The notes below the pieces were generated by a model. It made no database searches. It had not been told where the DNA came from and saw nothing but the letters and a program-made list of their open reading frames with translations. From Ostrea edulis (lineage: Eukaryota), in NCBI RefSeq assembly GCF_947568905.1, contig NC_079172.1, forward strand, positions 22,878,001 through 22,942,000: 64,000 nt of DNA, written 5' to 3'. The first letter of the stretch is position 1. Each line of letters opens with the position of its first letter. Shown piece after piece: positions 27,217 through 37,710 of the stretch. A program made the position numbers and the translations under genes.

Positions 27217-27723
27217 ATGGATACACGGAGAATTTTAAGAGCGAGACGCCGCGGCCAGGGAATACAACCAGTGGAGAATTTAACCATAGTAGAAGATTAT
27301 GTAGACGAGATGGAGATCTGGGCCAATTTAGTACAGAGATGTCGCCATCGATTACGCTGGGGCCGATCTAAAAATTGGTGTTTTGACTATGTATTGCGGT
27401 CACATGAAACAGTGGAGGATATTTACCTGCGTTTAAGTGACATGTACCTGAAAAATTCCCCCCTCATACAGTACATGATTTACCAGTTTTACACGTTATT
27501 GAACGGCACTCAAAAAGTATCGGGATTTATTCGACTGGAGAAACCACGTTACCGGAGAAGTGTATGGGTATTGTTTTGGGATGCACACTGGATGTGGGAA
27601 ACCGTCGAAGAGATACGTTTCCCCGGGAGAAGAGCTCGACAATTAGTACAACACATTATATCCGAAGATCATGACTTACACGTGTATATAGAAGAACCTG
27701 CGTATGAAGCCGGCCATTTTTAA
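27217..27723 (+). CDS. Hypothetical 168-aa protein resembling a catalytically dead CRESS-virus HUH Rep endonuclease domain
   Basis: SKNWCFDY (motif I-like), YMIYQ...GTQKVSGFIRL (motif II-like, no His), DAHW; no motif III Tyr. Confidence 0.55.
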   Translation: MDTRRILRARRRGQGIQPVENLTIVEDYVDEMEIWANLVQRCRHRLRWGRSKNWCFDYVLRSHETVEDIYLRLSDMYLKNSPLIQYMIYQFYTLLNGTQKVSGFIRLEKPRYRRSVWVLFWDAHWMWETVEEIRFPGRRARQLVQHIISEDHDLHVYIEEPAYEAGHF

Positions 27724-27742
27724 AAATAAAAACTTCATGCAC

Positions 27743-27758
27743 AGCCCTTTTTAGGGCT
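27743..27758 (+). terminator. Variant histone-type stem-loop (copy 3)
   Basis: AC AGCCCTTTTTAGGGCT AC, 19 nt after the stop of ORF 27217-27723; no clear purine-rich downstream element. Confidence 0.55.
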
Positions 27759-27811
27759 ACTTTAAACACCAATATAAGTTCCATTCCACTAAAGTCAATG
27801 TGTACCAATGG

Positions 27812-27883
27812 GCACTAGCACGCGCTGGTCGCGAGAAACCGGCTTTTCAAGTTCAATTAGTGCACTAGCACGCGCTGGTCGCG
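27812..27883 (+). promoter_or_regulatory. 22-bp direct repeat (50-bp period) upstream of the zinc-knuckle gene
   Basis: gcactagcacgcgctggtcgcg at 27812-27833 and 27862-27883, each followed by gaaaccgg(c/t)ttttc. Confidence 0.6.
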
Positions 27884-28043
27884 CGATGTTCTAGCTGAAA
27901 CCGGTTTTTCCAGAAAAAGATGATGCAACCACGTGCTCCCCACGTGCCCCTCACGAGACAGAATAGTCTAGACATTTTGCTGGCTATAAAAGCGGAGCCC
28001 CAGTGTCAGTCCTCATTCGATCTTCAATCACCTTCCAGAAGAC

Positions 28044-28961
28044 ATGGCTCAGAAACAACTAGAATTTGTGGACAAAGCTCAGAAGAAAATAGATCAGCTG
28101 GTACAGAAGGAGATGGGGCCACAAAAAGACTACATTGAACTGAAGAAAGCTAAGAGTGACGATCAGAAGACTGAACTGGGGAAGACCTCGAACTTCTTGC
28201 TCACGTCTCCAGACTACGTTGCTCAAAGAAGAAGAGAAGAGAAGAAGATGGCCCAGACCTCGAACCAGACCACGAGCTTCAATCTCACGCCTTCAGACCA
28301 CGTTGCTCGACAAGTGAAGATGGCCCAGACCTCGGATTACCTCCCTAGCCAGAATCCGACAGACCCGGGATTAGGCTTCTATTTTCCCGATTCACAGGAC
28401 GCTACGGGACTGGAGATGGGCTTATACGATAAACCCCCCTTCGGCGGAGAAGATTCCCCCATGAGCAGGACCGATTTCGCCATCATTACCACGACACTCG
28501 ACGGGATCGTTAACCGCATTAATGTGCTGAGTAATGAGATTGGAAATCATACCACAATCCTACTGAAGAAGCTGGAAGACCTGACTTCTAAAAAACCTAG
28601 GAAGGAATACACTCCAGATTACACTGCTAACCCGTGCTACACGTGTGGAGAAACAGGACATTGGTCGCCGGATTGCCCACAGAAAACAGATTATCCGCAG
28701 ACCAGTAAGAAATCGTGGTCGGCAGATTCTCAACAGACCAGCAAGAAAACCAAACAAAAGGATCCTTGCTTCAAATGCGGAAAAATAGGACACTGGATTA
28801 GTGAGTGTCCAGAAGAACAAGCGGAGATAGATGCGATGATTGGACCCGTACCTGGCTCAAAACCCCCTGTGAAGAGAGAATACACACCGTTAGAGATGTG
28901 GAATCCACCCGCACCTACTGAAGAACGGCCAAAAAAGAAGAAGAAACTCAGCAGAAAGTAA
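28044..28961 (+). CDS. Coiled-coil plus double CCHC zinc-knuckle protein with C-terminal NLS (305 aa)
   Basis: CYTCGETGHWSPDC and CFKCGKIGHWISEC; RPKKKKKLSRK; TATA 27985, Inr 28013, AATAAA 29052. Confidence 0.85.
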   Translation: MAQKQLEFVDKAQKKIDQLVQKEMGPQKDYIELKKAKSDDQKTELGKTSNFLLTSPDYVAQRRREEKKMAQTSNQTTSFNLTPSDHVARQVKMAQTSDYLPSQNPTDPGLGFYFPDSQDATGLEMGLYDKPPFGGEDSPMSRTDFAIITTTLDGIVNRINVLSNEIGNHTTILLKKLEDLTSKKPRKEYTPDYTANPCYTCGETGHWSPDCPQKTDYPQTSKKSWSADSQQTSKKTKQKDPCFKCGKIGHWISECPEEQAEIDAMIGPVPGSKPPVKREYTPLEMWNPPAPTEERPKKKKKLSRK

Positions 28962-29034
28962 TGGACTGTGCTTGAACTGTTATGCTTATTGAACTGTTTT
29001 TATGCTTATTGAATTGTTTTGCATTGTTCTATGC

Positions 29035-29383
29035 TTGTACCATTGTTCTTTAATAAACATGTCAACTTAAAACCTTGTGTTATTCTTTTAGATTTAATAC
29101 ACTGTTATTCTTTTAGATTTAATACACAGGATTTCACTGGATTTTATACCGATTTTCAGAAAAATAGCTTTTCCAGGAACTCAAAGCGAAAGTACCGCAT
29201 GCTAAAATTAGGACCATAGGCCAGCCTATTCACCCGCTCTACAACCCCTGCTGGGGTTGACCCCGTCCTAGTGCACTCCGTTGACCCCAACACCGCTTGA
29301 CCAATCAAAAACGCCCTTACTTGACCTCATTTGCATAAAAAGTGCACTCAGTTGAACTCCCTATCGGGACGCGTTATACTACT
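29035..29383 (-). repeat. Right terminal inverted repeat (349 bp)
   Basis: Reverse complement of 8989-9333. Confidence 0.95.
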
Positions 29384-29810
29384 TATGAACAAACTTGAAT
29401 CTCCATTATGTCAGCAAACTTCCACGTAAATTTCAACTATACTGGTACAGTGGTTCATGAGATTTTATTAAATGACCCCACCCTATTTTTACACTTTTGT
29501 GATTATCTCCCATTTGAAGAGAACCTGGCCCTTAATTTGAACAATTTTGAATTCCCTTCAACTAAGGATGATTTGCATTAAGTTTGAATGAAATTGGCTT
29601 ACTGGTTCTGGAGAAGATTTTTAAAAATTTTCAGTGTATTTTTACCGATTTGCTATTATCTCCCCTTGGATAAGAGGGTTGGCCCTCATTTGAACAATTT
29701 TGAATCCCCTTCACCCAAGGATGATTTGTGCCAACATTGGTTAAAATTGGCCCTATGGTTTTGGAGAAGTTGAAAATGTAAATGTTTAACAGACAGACGA
29801 CGGACAAAAA

Positions 29811-29842
<32 letters not shown>

Positions 29843-29864
29843 GAAAGCTCAGGTGAGCTAAAAA
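29384..29864 (-). mobile_element. 5' part of the satellite-bearing Helentron-type element interrupted by the Polinton
   Basis: Resumes the satellite unit exactly (tatgaacaaacttgaatc), then cagacagacgacggac microsatellite and gctcacttgagctttcagct...caggtgagctaaaa end. Confidence 0.75.
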
Positions 29865-29991
29865 CACACCAAAAAACGTGGACACAAAAGGTCTTATCAC
29901 AAGGAAATCTGAGAGCCCACCATTCAAGGTTAACGTTTTTTTGGTGCACAAACAGACAGATCAATAAACTATATGCCTCCAATCTCTGAAG

Positions 29992-30032
<41 letters not shown>

Positions 30033-30975
30033 CCAAAAAACAAAACAAAAACCCAAACCAATCTCAAATTCAAGTCTTTATATTTCAAAAGGAAATAATT
30101 TTCAGCAGGATGATGACACAATAGTCTCCCTTTCTTTACTACATTTAGTCCGATAATAAAACAATTCTGCAGTAAACACATTCAGCTACAGCGATAACAT
30201 GAAAATATCTAAAATTATAAATTGTCACCGTCAATCTGACACATCAAATATTTAAAATTCACAAGATAGATACTAAGTCTAAAATTGCAGGCTTACCTCA
30301 AAGCCATCGCACAAGACAGTCCTCCAGAAATTAAAATGCACCAATTATAATGAAACTAAATCTACATTAAACATGTTTCTACTATTTTTAAAATATCTTT
30401 TACAGAGAAACAGTTCTATATACATGTACCAATATTTCAATTTAAACACACAGCCATATAGACGTTTGCACAAGTAGACATGGTAGATGGCAACAAGATT
30501 ATAAATACCTGAGTATATCATAAAACAGTTATGTGCAAAAGCATGCAGGAAATGCTCAAGTGTGGGGCACATGGACACATGTATCAACCACACACATACT
30601 GTATACTTGTTTCAAGAAATTTCATTCCAATTAGTTTCACCCTTGTCCTTCACACATGTAATCTAATGTCGAGGTAGCAAAAAAATTTTCAGGCGAGTAA
30701 AATTATTTTTCAATGTGTCTGGACAAAACTTTCTAATTACACAGTAGTTCATATTATATGTAATCCTGTTACATCTCATAGTAGAGGACTTTACATACAA
30801 TGGGTCTTAAATTAAGTGTTAAAGGACAAAACCAGTAATATGAAACATTATCGTCACTGATAAAAATTAATACATTTATACTGAGTATACAACAAAAGAA
30901 TTACAGGTACATCTGTACATGTTCTAGATATTGAGACAAAGTAACAATTCCATACTTGTACATCAATCTCACGAT

Positions 30976-32665
30976 TTACAGAATGATACATTTTGCACCC
31001 ATGCTAGTGTGAGCAGATGTATTCAGACTGTCATTTAATGACAAGGTGGATTTCTCTTTTCCTTTGCTTTTCAGTTTTTTGATTTTACTCTCCTTTTTGC
31101 TCTTTCCTTTCGGAACAATGTCTTTGTTCACCATGTCTGGCCGGACCCTTCCTGGAGTACTTTTTCTTTCTGCTAATTTACCACTATGCTGCACAGGAGA
31201 GCTCAATTCAGGGGGGACAACTTGGACTGTTTTGTGAGAAACTTTGTCCACATTTTCCTGAGTGACAGTTTCCACTTTGGTCTCTTCATTTCCAGAATCT
31301 CCATTAGGTAGAGTAAGCTTGACCAGCTTCACCTGAGGCATCTCATCTGCTGTTGTCATAGTTTTAGATGACTTTATCCCTTTAGGGGTCTTCATGGGAG
31401 TTTTGAATTCCATGGAATCATCAAGAGAAATATTTTCAACTGCCACATCACCAGTTCCCTTCATTTTGGCTGGAGTTTTCCTGTAGGCTTGTCTGGATTT
31501 TCTGGTGGACGTTTCGGACACTGCCTGGGTCACTTTGACCTTCTTTACTTGTGGGGTCTCAGAGGTGAGGTCCATCCTCCGCTTCACGCCTGTAAAACTC
31601 AGACTGTCATCCTCTTTGTTCTCGTTTACTTCAGGTGAAAATGTCACATTTGTTTCCTCAGAAGCAGATTTTGTTAACTTCACCTCCGTTTTAGTGTTAG
31701 CTTCTAACTGTTCCATCTCTATCTTCTTTGTACTTCTTTTGCTTTTAGCTGATGACCTTAGTCTTCTGGAAGCAGACTGGACTGGTGTTGTCTTCTTTGT
31801 ACTAGCTGTATCCTTCGGTGTACTGGGCTTGACATCATTCATTGACTTTGAAACTCGAACTGGAGTCTTCCTGGAACTACGCTGTGATCTTTTTGCAGAT
31901 TCTGGTTGTGCATCCTCTGATGTACTGGACACTGGGCGGGCAGGGGTTTTCCTGGAACTACGCTGTGATCTTTTTGCAGATTCTGGCTGTGAATCCTCTG
32001 ATGTGCTGGACACTGGACGGGCAGGGGTTTTAAAAACACCTTCTACTGGTTCTGGCATGCTCTTTCCTTTGGCTGATTCAGCAGTAGAGCGTCTCGGGGT
32101 CTTTATTGTTTTTTTGGCTGGTGAAGGTGAAGCTACTTTTTCAGATCTTTTGGCAATAGGTTGGACTGATTTTCTCCTAGTGACGGATCCTTCACTAGAC
32201 TGGGAGGATGGCACTTCTAAATTTGTTATCTGCTTGGAAGTTCTAACTGGAGATTTTGGACAAACTGACCTACGGGCAGCTGGCGCCTTTCGTTGAACTG
32301 CACTCTCTTTTTTTTCACTGACCCTTGTAACTCTCTTGGCTTGACCAGTTTTAGAAGCCTTTAGGGGCTGGGAACAAGCTTCCTGGAGAGTTTGACCTTT
32401 CTGGTACACCGATGACCTTCTGGTACGTGTCTTCACACCAGGAGGTGAGAGCACCTTGGCTGGACCTTTCTTCGGCTTTTCCTGTGGAGTAACAGCTATA
32501 GTTAGCCTTATTCCTCCTTTCCTACTATTGACATTGAATATGGATGACCGTCGGGATCGAGTGCCTATTGGGGAGGACCTCACAGGCTCTGGGAGTTTGA
32601 ACATGGTGTGTCTTCTGAAGTTGGTGGCTTTCTGGGATATTGTTCCCGTTGGCATAACTGATTTC
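30976..32665 (-). CDS. Large exon of an unidentified Lys/Ser/Thr-rich disordered protein (3' structure uncertain)
   Basis: Acceptor tgtag at 32666, phase-compatible with the upstream exon; long open frame with a 27-aa tandem KTPARPVSSTSED[SA]QPESAKRSQRSSR x2. Confidence 0.7.
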
Positions 32666-34985
32666 CTACAATAAGCAATGAATATCGGTAAAACTCTACA
32701 TCCCCCAGAAATTCCAAACTTCTCCAGCATCATTCTGATTATTAGATGTTACATGAAATTTCCAATGGTTCTTGCAAAGCAGGGCCTGAAACTAACTTTT
32801 TATGTCACCAGTCCAGTCAGACTGATAGGGTATAATTTCAACCAGTCTGCAGAAAAATCTACCCTTTTCAAGAAATAATTAAACAATATTTCGTTAATGT
32901 TATTGAAAAAAAAAAAAGGAATTTAACTCGAAATATCTCAGAAAATATTGTATTACACATGTGACATATATATTTAGTAATCGGGTTCTTATATCTACAG
33001 AGAATGCCAAATGTGTGTTCAAGATTTGACAAGTGGGTTTTCCAAAATAATGTGTTACAAAATTGACTAGTCCCATCAGACTGACTAAAACAAATGTCAA
33101 TCAGTCTGTCAGACTTTTAACCAGTCACAGACTGATGGGCAAATGTTAGTTTCAAGCCCTACAAAGGTTATATTCAAACAATATTCTACAAACAATATGT
33201 GCTTGTGAAAATAATGAAACATTAACACTCCCACAGCAACACCAGTTATCTGTAGAATGGAGGTCAAAGTACACATTTCCAAATAATTTTCAATGTTGCT
33301 ACCATCCTACAATCTAAAATGAACTCCTGGTTAACTTAAGAGTAAGGAGTACCAATATATCAATTGATAAAAAGTGCTATTTAACTGTCCAGTAAACATG
33401 GTTAAATCTGATGTAGCCAGGGCACCTAATACAAGACAAAGTTTGATTAGATACAATGATTTAAAATGGGATTGATGTACATAAATGTAACTGTAATAAT
33501 GGTTGTATATAAAAATGTAAGATTATGACTCCTAAGAAAAGCAATATATTATAATGGCAAGGTCAAAACCTTAGGTACCAAATGAAAAGTCTTGTCATGA
33601 GGAATGCACATATGAAAATATCAGTCAAGGGTCATGTTATTTTCAAAAATAACTCAAATGAGGATTTTTTTTGGGGGTCATGATGAGTTACTTCTCTTTG
33701 CTCTCAACTGCTCCTGTCCTTCACCAATATTAGTCTTTCCTTCATTAATAACTGATTTACTCAAACAGGTTATCCTTAGTTATTTTGTTTACATTATTTA
33801 GTCAATCCCCCTCACTTCACACCACATATTTTCACTGGTGGAATAAGACAAAAACAAATGGTGGTTTTTTTAAAGCTTGCTTAATCCAGGAAAATTATTC
33901 AAAGTCTTCAGAAAAGTGTGAAAAATTGTTCCATTGTTGATAAAATTCCACCTCAAAATGTAAATTAACACCCCAAAGAGCAAGTAGTAATTTAAATTTT
34001 TGGGTGGAATGGGCTACAGTCTTTTGATGCAAATGTTTATTGGAGTCTGTATATCTTTTTTGTTCTTACATCTGGAATCCCAGAATGCAATATACATTGC
34101 CAGGAAATACAAAAGATCAAAGATTTCAGATGAAATCAATGACACTGTAAGATAGAACAATAACGATTAAATGTTATTTTTGAAATATATATGTGTGTGT
34201 TTCAAATAACTTATGTGTGTTATTTTTTAAATAACATGACTGTCTGTTATGCCTCTGATTGATCACTCACGATTCCAAAGTTATAAGCAAGGATAAAAGT
34301 TTCTGACAGACAGGACAACAATTATATATGCCCTCCAATCTTTAATACAGGTGCATAAAAATAAAGTAAAATCATTGTTGATTTTACCAATGGAAAATTC
34401 TAATAAGTGAAATCTATTCCAGTATAAATATTGTGTTGCATCTGGAAAAAATTGTTCAATACACAGCTCTATATTGCTTGTTCATCTATACACAGCTTAC
34501 CTTTCTTTCCCAACATTTATAACAGGAGAATGTTCTTGCTCAAAAACCATCTGCCTCCCCGACACCCAGCCTGGAGTTATCGGGCTGTAAAACTTTGCAG
34601 GGGACAACCTGTTATAAAATGGGGATATAGATATATATTATCATAAAATTCAGATTTTAATACCCAATACCAACGTTTTTCTGATATTAGCTCGCTCACT
34701 TGAGTGTTTGAAAAGTGTGTAGCCTTGAATCTCAGAGGTAAAATGAACATTCTAAGCTTAATTGCTATAATAATTACTGTAATACATGTAGATGTTGAAG
34801 AATTTACCCATATTGTATTAAAATATCAATATGGGATTGCCTGAACCCCTATATCCCTAACATTGTCATGTTGTTCTGGAGAAGGTCAATGTCACAAAGC
34901 CAAACATTATAGTATGAAATGAAATCTTGTCGTATTAATCTAAATACAAAATATGAAACCCTGATAAACAATTTCTACAACTTAC

Positions 34986-35062
34986 CCTGCAGGCTTTTCT
35001 GGAGTCCTCTGGGGGCCCCTCCTTCGTGGCGTTCTGCTGGACACACCAGGCATTGTTGTCAT
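34986..35062 (-). CDS. First coding exon of the same unidentified gene
   Basis: MTTMPGVSSRTPRRRGPQRTPEKPA(G); acceptor at 35068, gtaagt donor at 34985, phase 2 matches 32665. Confidence 0.6.
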
Positions 35063-36117
35063 TTATCCTACAAGTAAAGACAGCATTTATTCTGACATAT
35101 ATCTTTTGTCCTAAGGTTTCATCAACAAAATACAACTTTGATATCTTCAAGACGCCTGCATTTCTTCAAAATAATGCCATAAGATTTATTTTACAACTCT
35201 GTAAAACAGATCGTCATTCAGATAATTTGTCTTCTTACAACAATATCTGTTTTCTCAAAAAAGGGATCCATCATCCATGTTTGTAAACATGATAAACTGG
35301 ACCCCAACATGCTCTATTTATAGTAAGAATCAATGTGTCTAAAATCTAAAACCACAATCTATAACATTAAAACAAATTGGACTATTGTTTTCTTTGATTA
35401 ATGCAGCAACCTATGGCAGTAGTTACTTGCTTTTGGGAAATATCAAATGGAAGCAAGAAAGAGAAAGGGCTGGGTTGTGTCAAAGCCTTGAGGACGGGGG
35501 GGGGGGGGGGGGGGGGGGGGGCGGGGCTTCTTCTTAAACTCTCAACCAGGTTTCCCCACTTTGTTTTTTATTATGTAAAACCAACCAGACTAACATGCTC
35601 CATAAGAGAAGACAGCAAGGATTAAAGTTAATACTAATTGCCCACAGATATCTAACTTGGCAAGCCGAATTTCAGTTGTTCAGGTTGGTGATTGATGTTT
35701 ATTGCCGATTTTAATTGATGTATATTTTTCCACTTTCAATTCATTTTACAAAATCGCTCACTTAAACACTTTTATATACTGATTTAATATATATAGCTAT
35801 TTGATCGTATCCAAGGTACTGAATGACAAGGACAACAAATATAAACATGTGGAATTATATGCAGGGGGTAAGGAAGTCTGAGAAAAGAAAGACCGATTCT
35901 GAGGATTTAGGTATATATTTATAAATGTTTGACATATTGTTTACATTGTTTCATCAATTTTCACCTGGGTAACCAAAATTTGATTTTTAGGGGCCCAGCT
36001 TACTACCATGATTTTTTGGTTGTAAGTTTAAATCCTGAGGAAGTTTTGCACCTATTGGACAGTGGGAACACACAAGAACATTGATCTTTTCCTCATGTAC
36101 AGAACTAAAGGTACCGG

Positions 36118-36430
36118 TCATGGGAGCTCAGAGGTAGAGCATTCATTTCTTAACATGTTTAACCAGGAGGTTATGAGTTTGAACCTCATTTGTGCCATGG
36201 CTGTCTCAAAACAAGACAGACATAGGTAGTGATTGCTCCTTTGCCAAACGCTCAACAATTAGAAGTGAGCAAAACATTTATTTTGGATATACAAACAGGA
36301 TATTAACGAACCCTCACTGCTACGAACCTGAGTGCTAAGCATAGGTCTAATTTTGTGTTGTTTCTCCTACAGTTGTGACATCTCAATATGAGTAAAAAAT
36401 TCTTGAAAGGACATAAAACAAATTGAACTC
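36118..36430 (+). mobile_element. Degenerate tRNA-derived SINE
   Basis: A-box-like agctcagaggtagagc, B-box-like gagtttgaacc; body shares ataggtagtga..ttgccaaacgctc and aaccctcactgct with 52183-52493. Confidence 0.65.
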
Positions 36431-36544
36431 AGTAGGTCTTAATTATCACCGCATTTACCTATCTACTAGTGACTATATATAATTATTACTGGACATCTTT
36501 CATCGTTTCTTATTGTAGTCCTGTCTCAGGAGAGAGGTGGTGAT

Positions 36545-36780
36545 TGTATATTGTTACAACATTCCTCTCGAGAATCTTTCACTCATTCATACAGAGATTT
36601 CACCATTGCTGGTGAAGAGCTGCAAAATTTAGGCCTATGCTCAGGTGCAGGAAGGGATCTTTATTGTACCACACCTGCTGTGGGACGGGGTCTCAGTTTA
36701 TGCCGTCTCATCTGAAGGACTGCCCCATTTAGTTGCCTCTGATGACAAGCAAGAGGTACTGAGAACCTATTTTAACTCAA
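36545..36780 (-). mobile_element. SINE body/3' fragment, related family
   Basis: Reverse complement shares caggtgtgg...gagcataggcctaaattttgcagctcttcacc...gtgaaagattctcgagagg with the other SINE copies. Confidence 0.55.
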
Positions 36781-37710
36781 GAGAGAGGTGGTGAATATAT
36801 TTAATATTATGCTTGGGTGAGTTTTATTCCCGGGTAGTGTCAGTCACGTGGTCGGGTAGTATTAATAGTCAGTGCGTGCTCGTTTTGAACCATTTTACCG
36901 CTCGCTAGAACTTGGGTGAATAGCGTATTTATTACGCCTTATATTGGATGGAAAGCCCTGCAAGTTTATTGTATGCATATATGTTGTAATATGAAATATA
37001 GCATTTATATGTTATCATTAAAGTTTAATCATTTTATATTCGGACGAACGAAGTGAGGGAGAATATAAATTTATGGACGTTCTCTTGAAGTCTTTAATCT
37101 GTCATAATGATATGCTATATGAAAGCAAAGCTTTTTTTCCCTCGTGTAACCTAGCTGTTTACAAAATTGCCAAGTGCTCAGTAAAATTGTTCTGATTTCT
37201 TGAATTTTCTTGAAAGAACAAGAATCATTGTATGCCTCGCTAAGCTCATTAATAGCATTTATGCCCATTTCTCATGTATTTTTACTTCATTGATAAAACT
37301 GCCGACTCCTGGGCTCGTAGTAGTAGATCTAGGGCGCGTGGCATTTTAACAATATTTCCAGATGTTTTGTTTATTAGGCCTAGTCTTGAATAACAAATTT
37401 TTTTATTTTTAGTAAGTTTAAATAAAACTGTATTTTAAGGCACATGCTAAACTAAAGGCCATCCAGATCTATATATACACACTATCAAATGGCCTAGTTG
37501 GATCTAGACGGTGCTAAAGCCTAGTCTACATGCCGTTAGGCATTCCAAGGCCAAACACGACACAAAATTCGAATTTTACCAGATGGTACTATACAAAATA
37601 ACTAAATATATTGTGGTTTTGAATATGCATGATTCAAAGATCCACTGTTATCGACATTAAATATTTAAGCTAATTTAGTAATATCATCATAACAAAAATT
37701 GTAAACTTAC

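Larger units (their letters stand above)
8989..29383 (+). mobile_element. Complete Polinton/Maverick (adintovirus-like endogenous dsDNA virus), 20,395 bp
   Basis: AGTAGT (8989) and ACTACT (29383) termini; TSD TATGAA at 8983-8988 and 29384-29389; long TIRs; pPolB, integrase, ATPase, MCP, mCP and protease ORFs all uninterrupted. Confidence 0.98.

Noticed and set aside
22644-28961. Rb-binding LxCxE oncoprotein motif in the accessory proteins
   Set aside because: Looked for because of the S-phase theme; no LxCxE found in the translated ORFs
30050-30370. Further 3' exons of the unidentified minus-strand gene (donor-like gtaagc at about 30297)
   Set aside because: Could not build a phase-consistent, stop-free continuation with confidence
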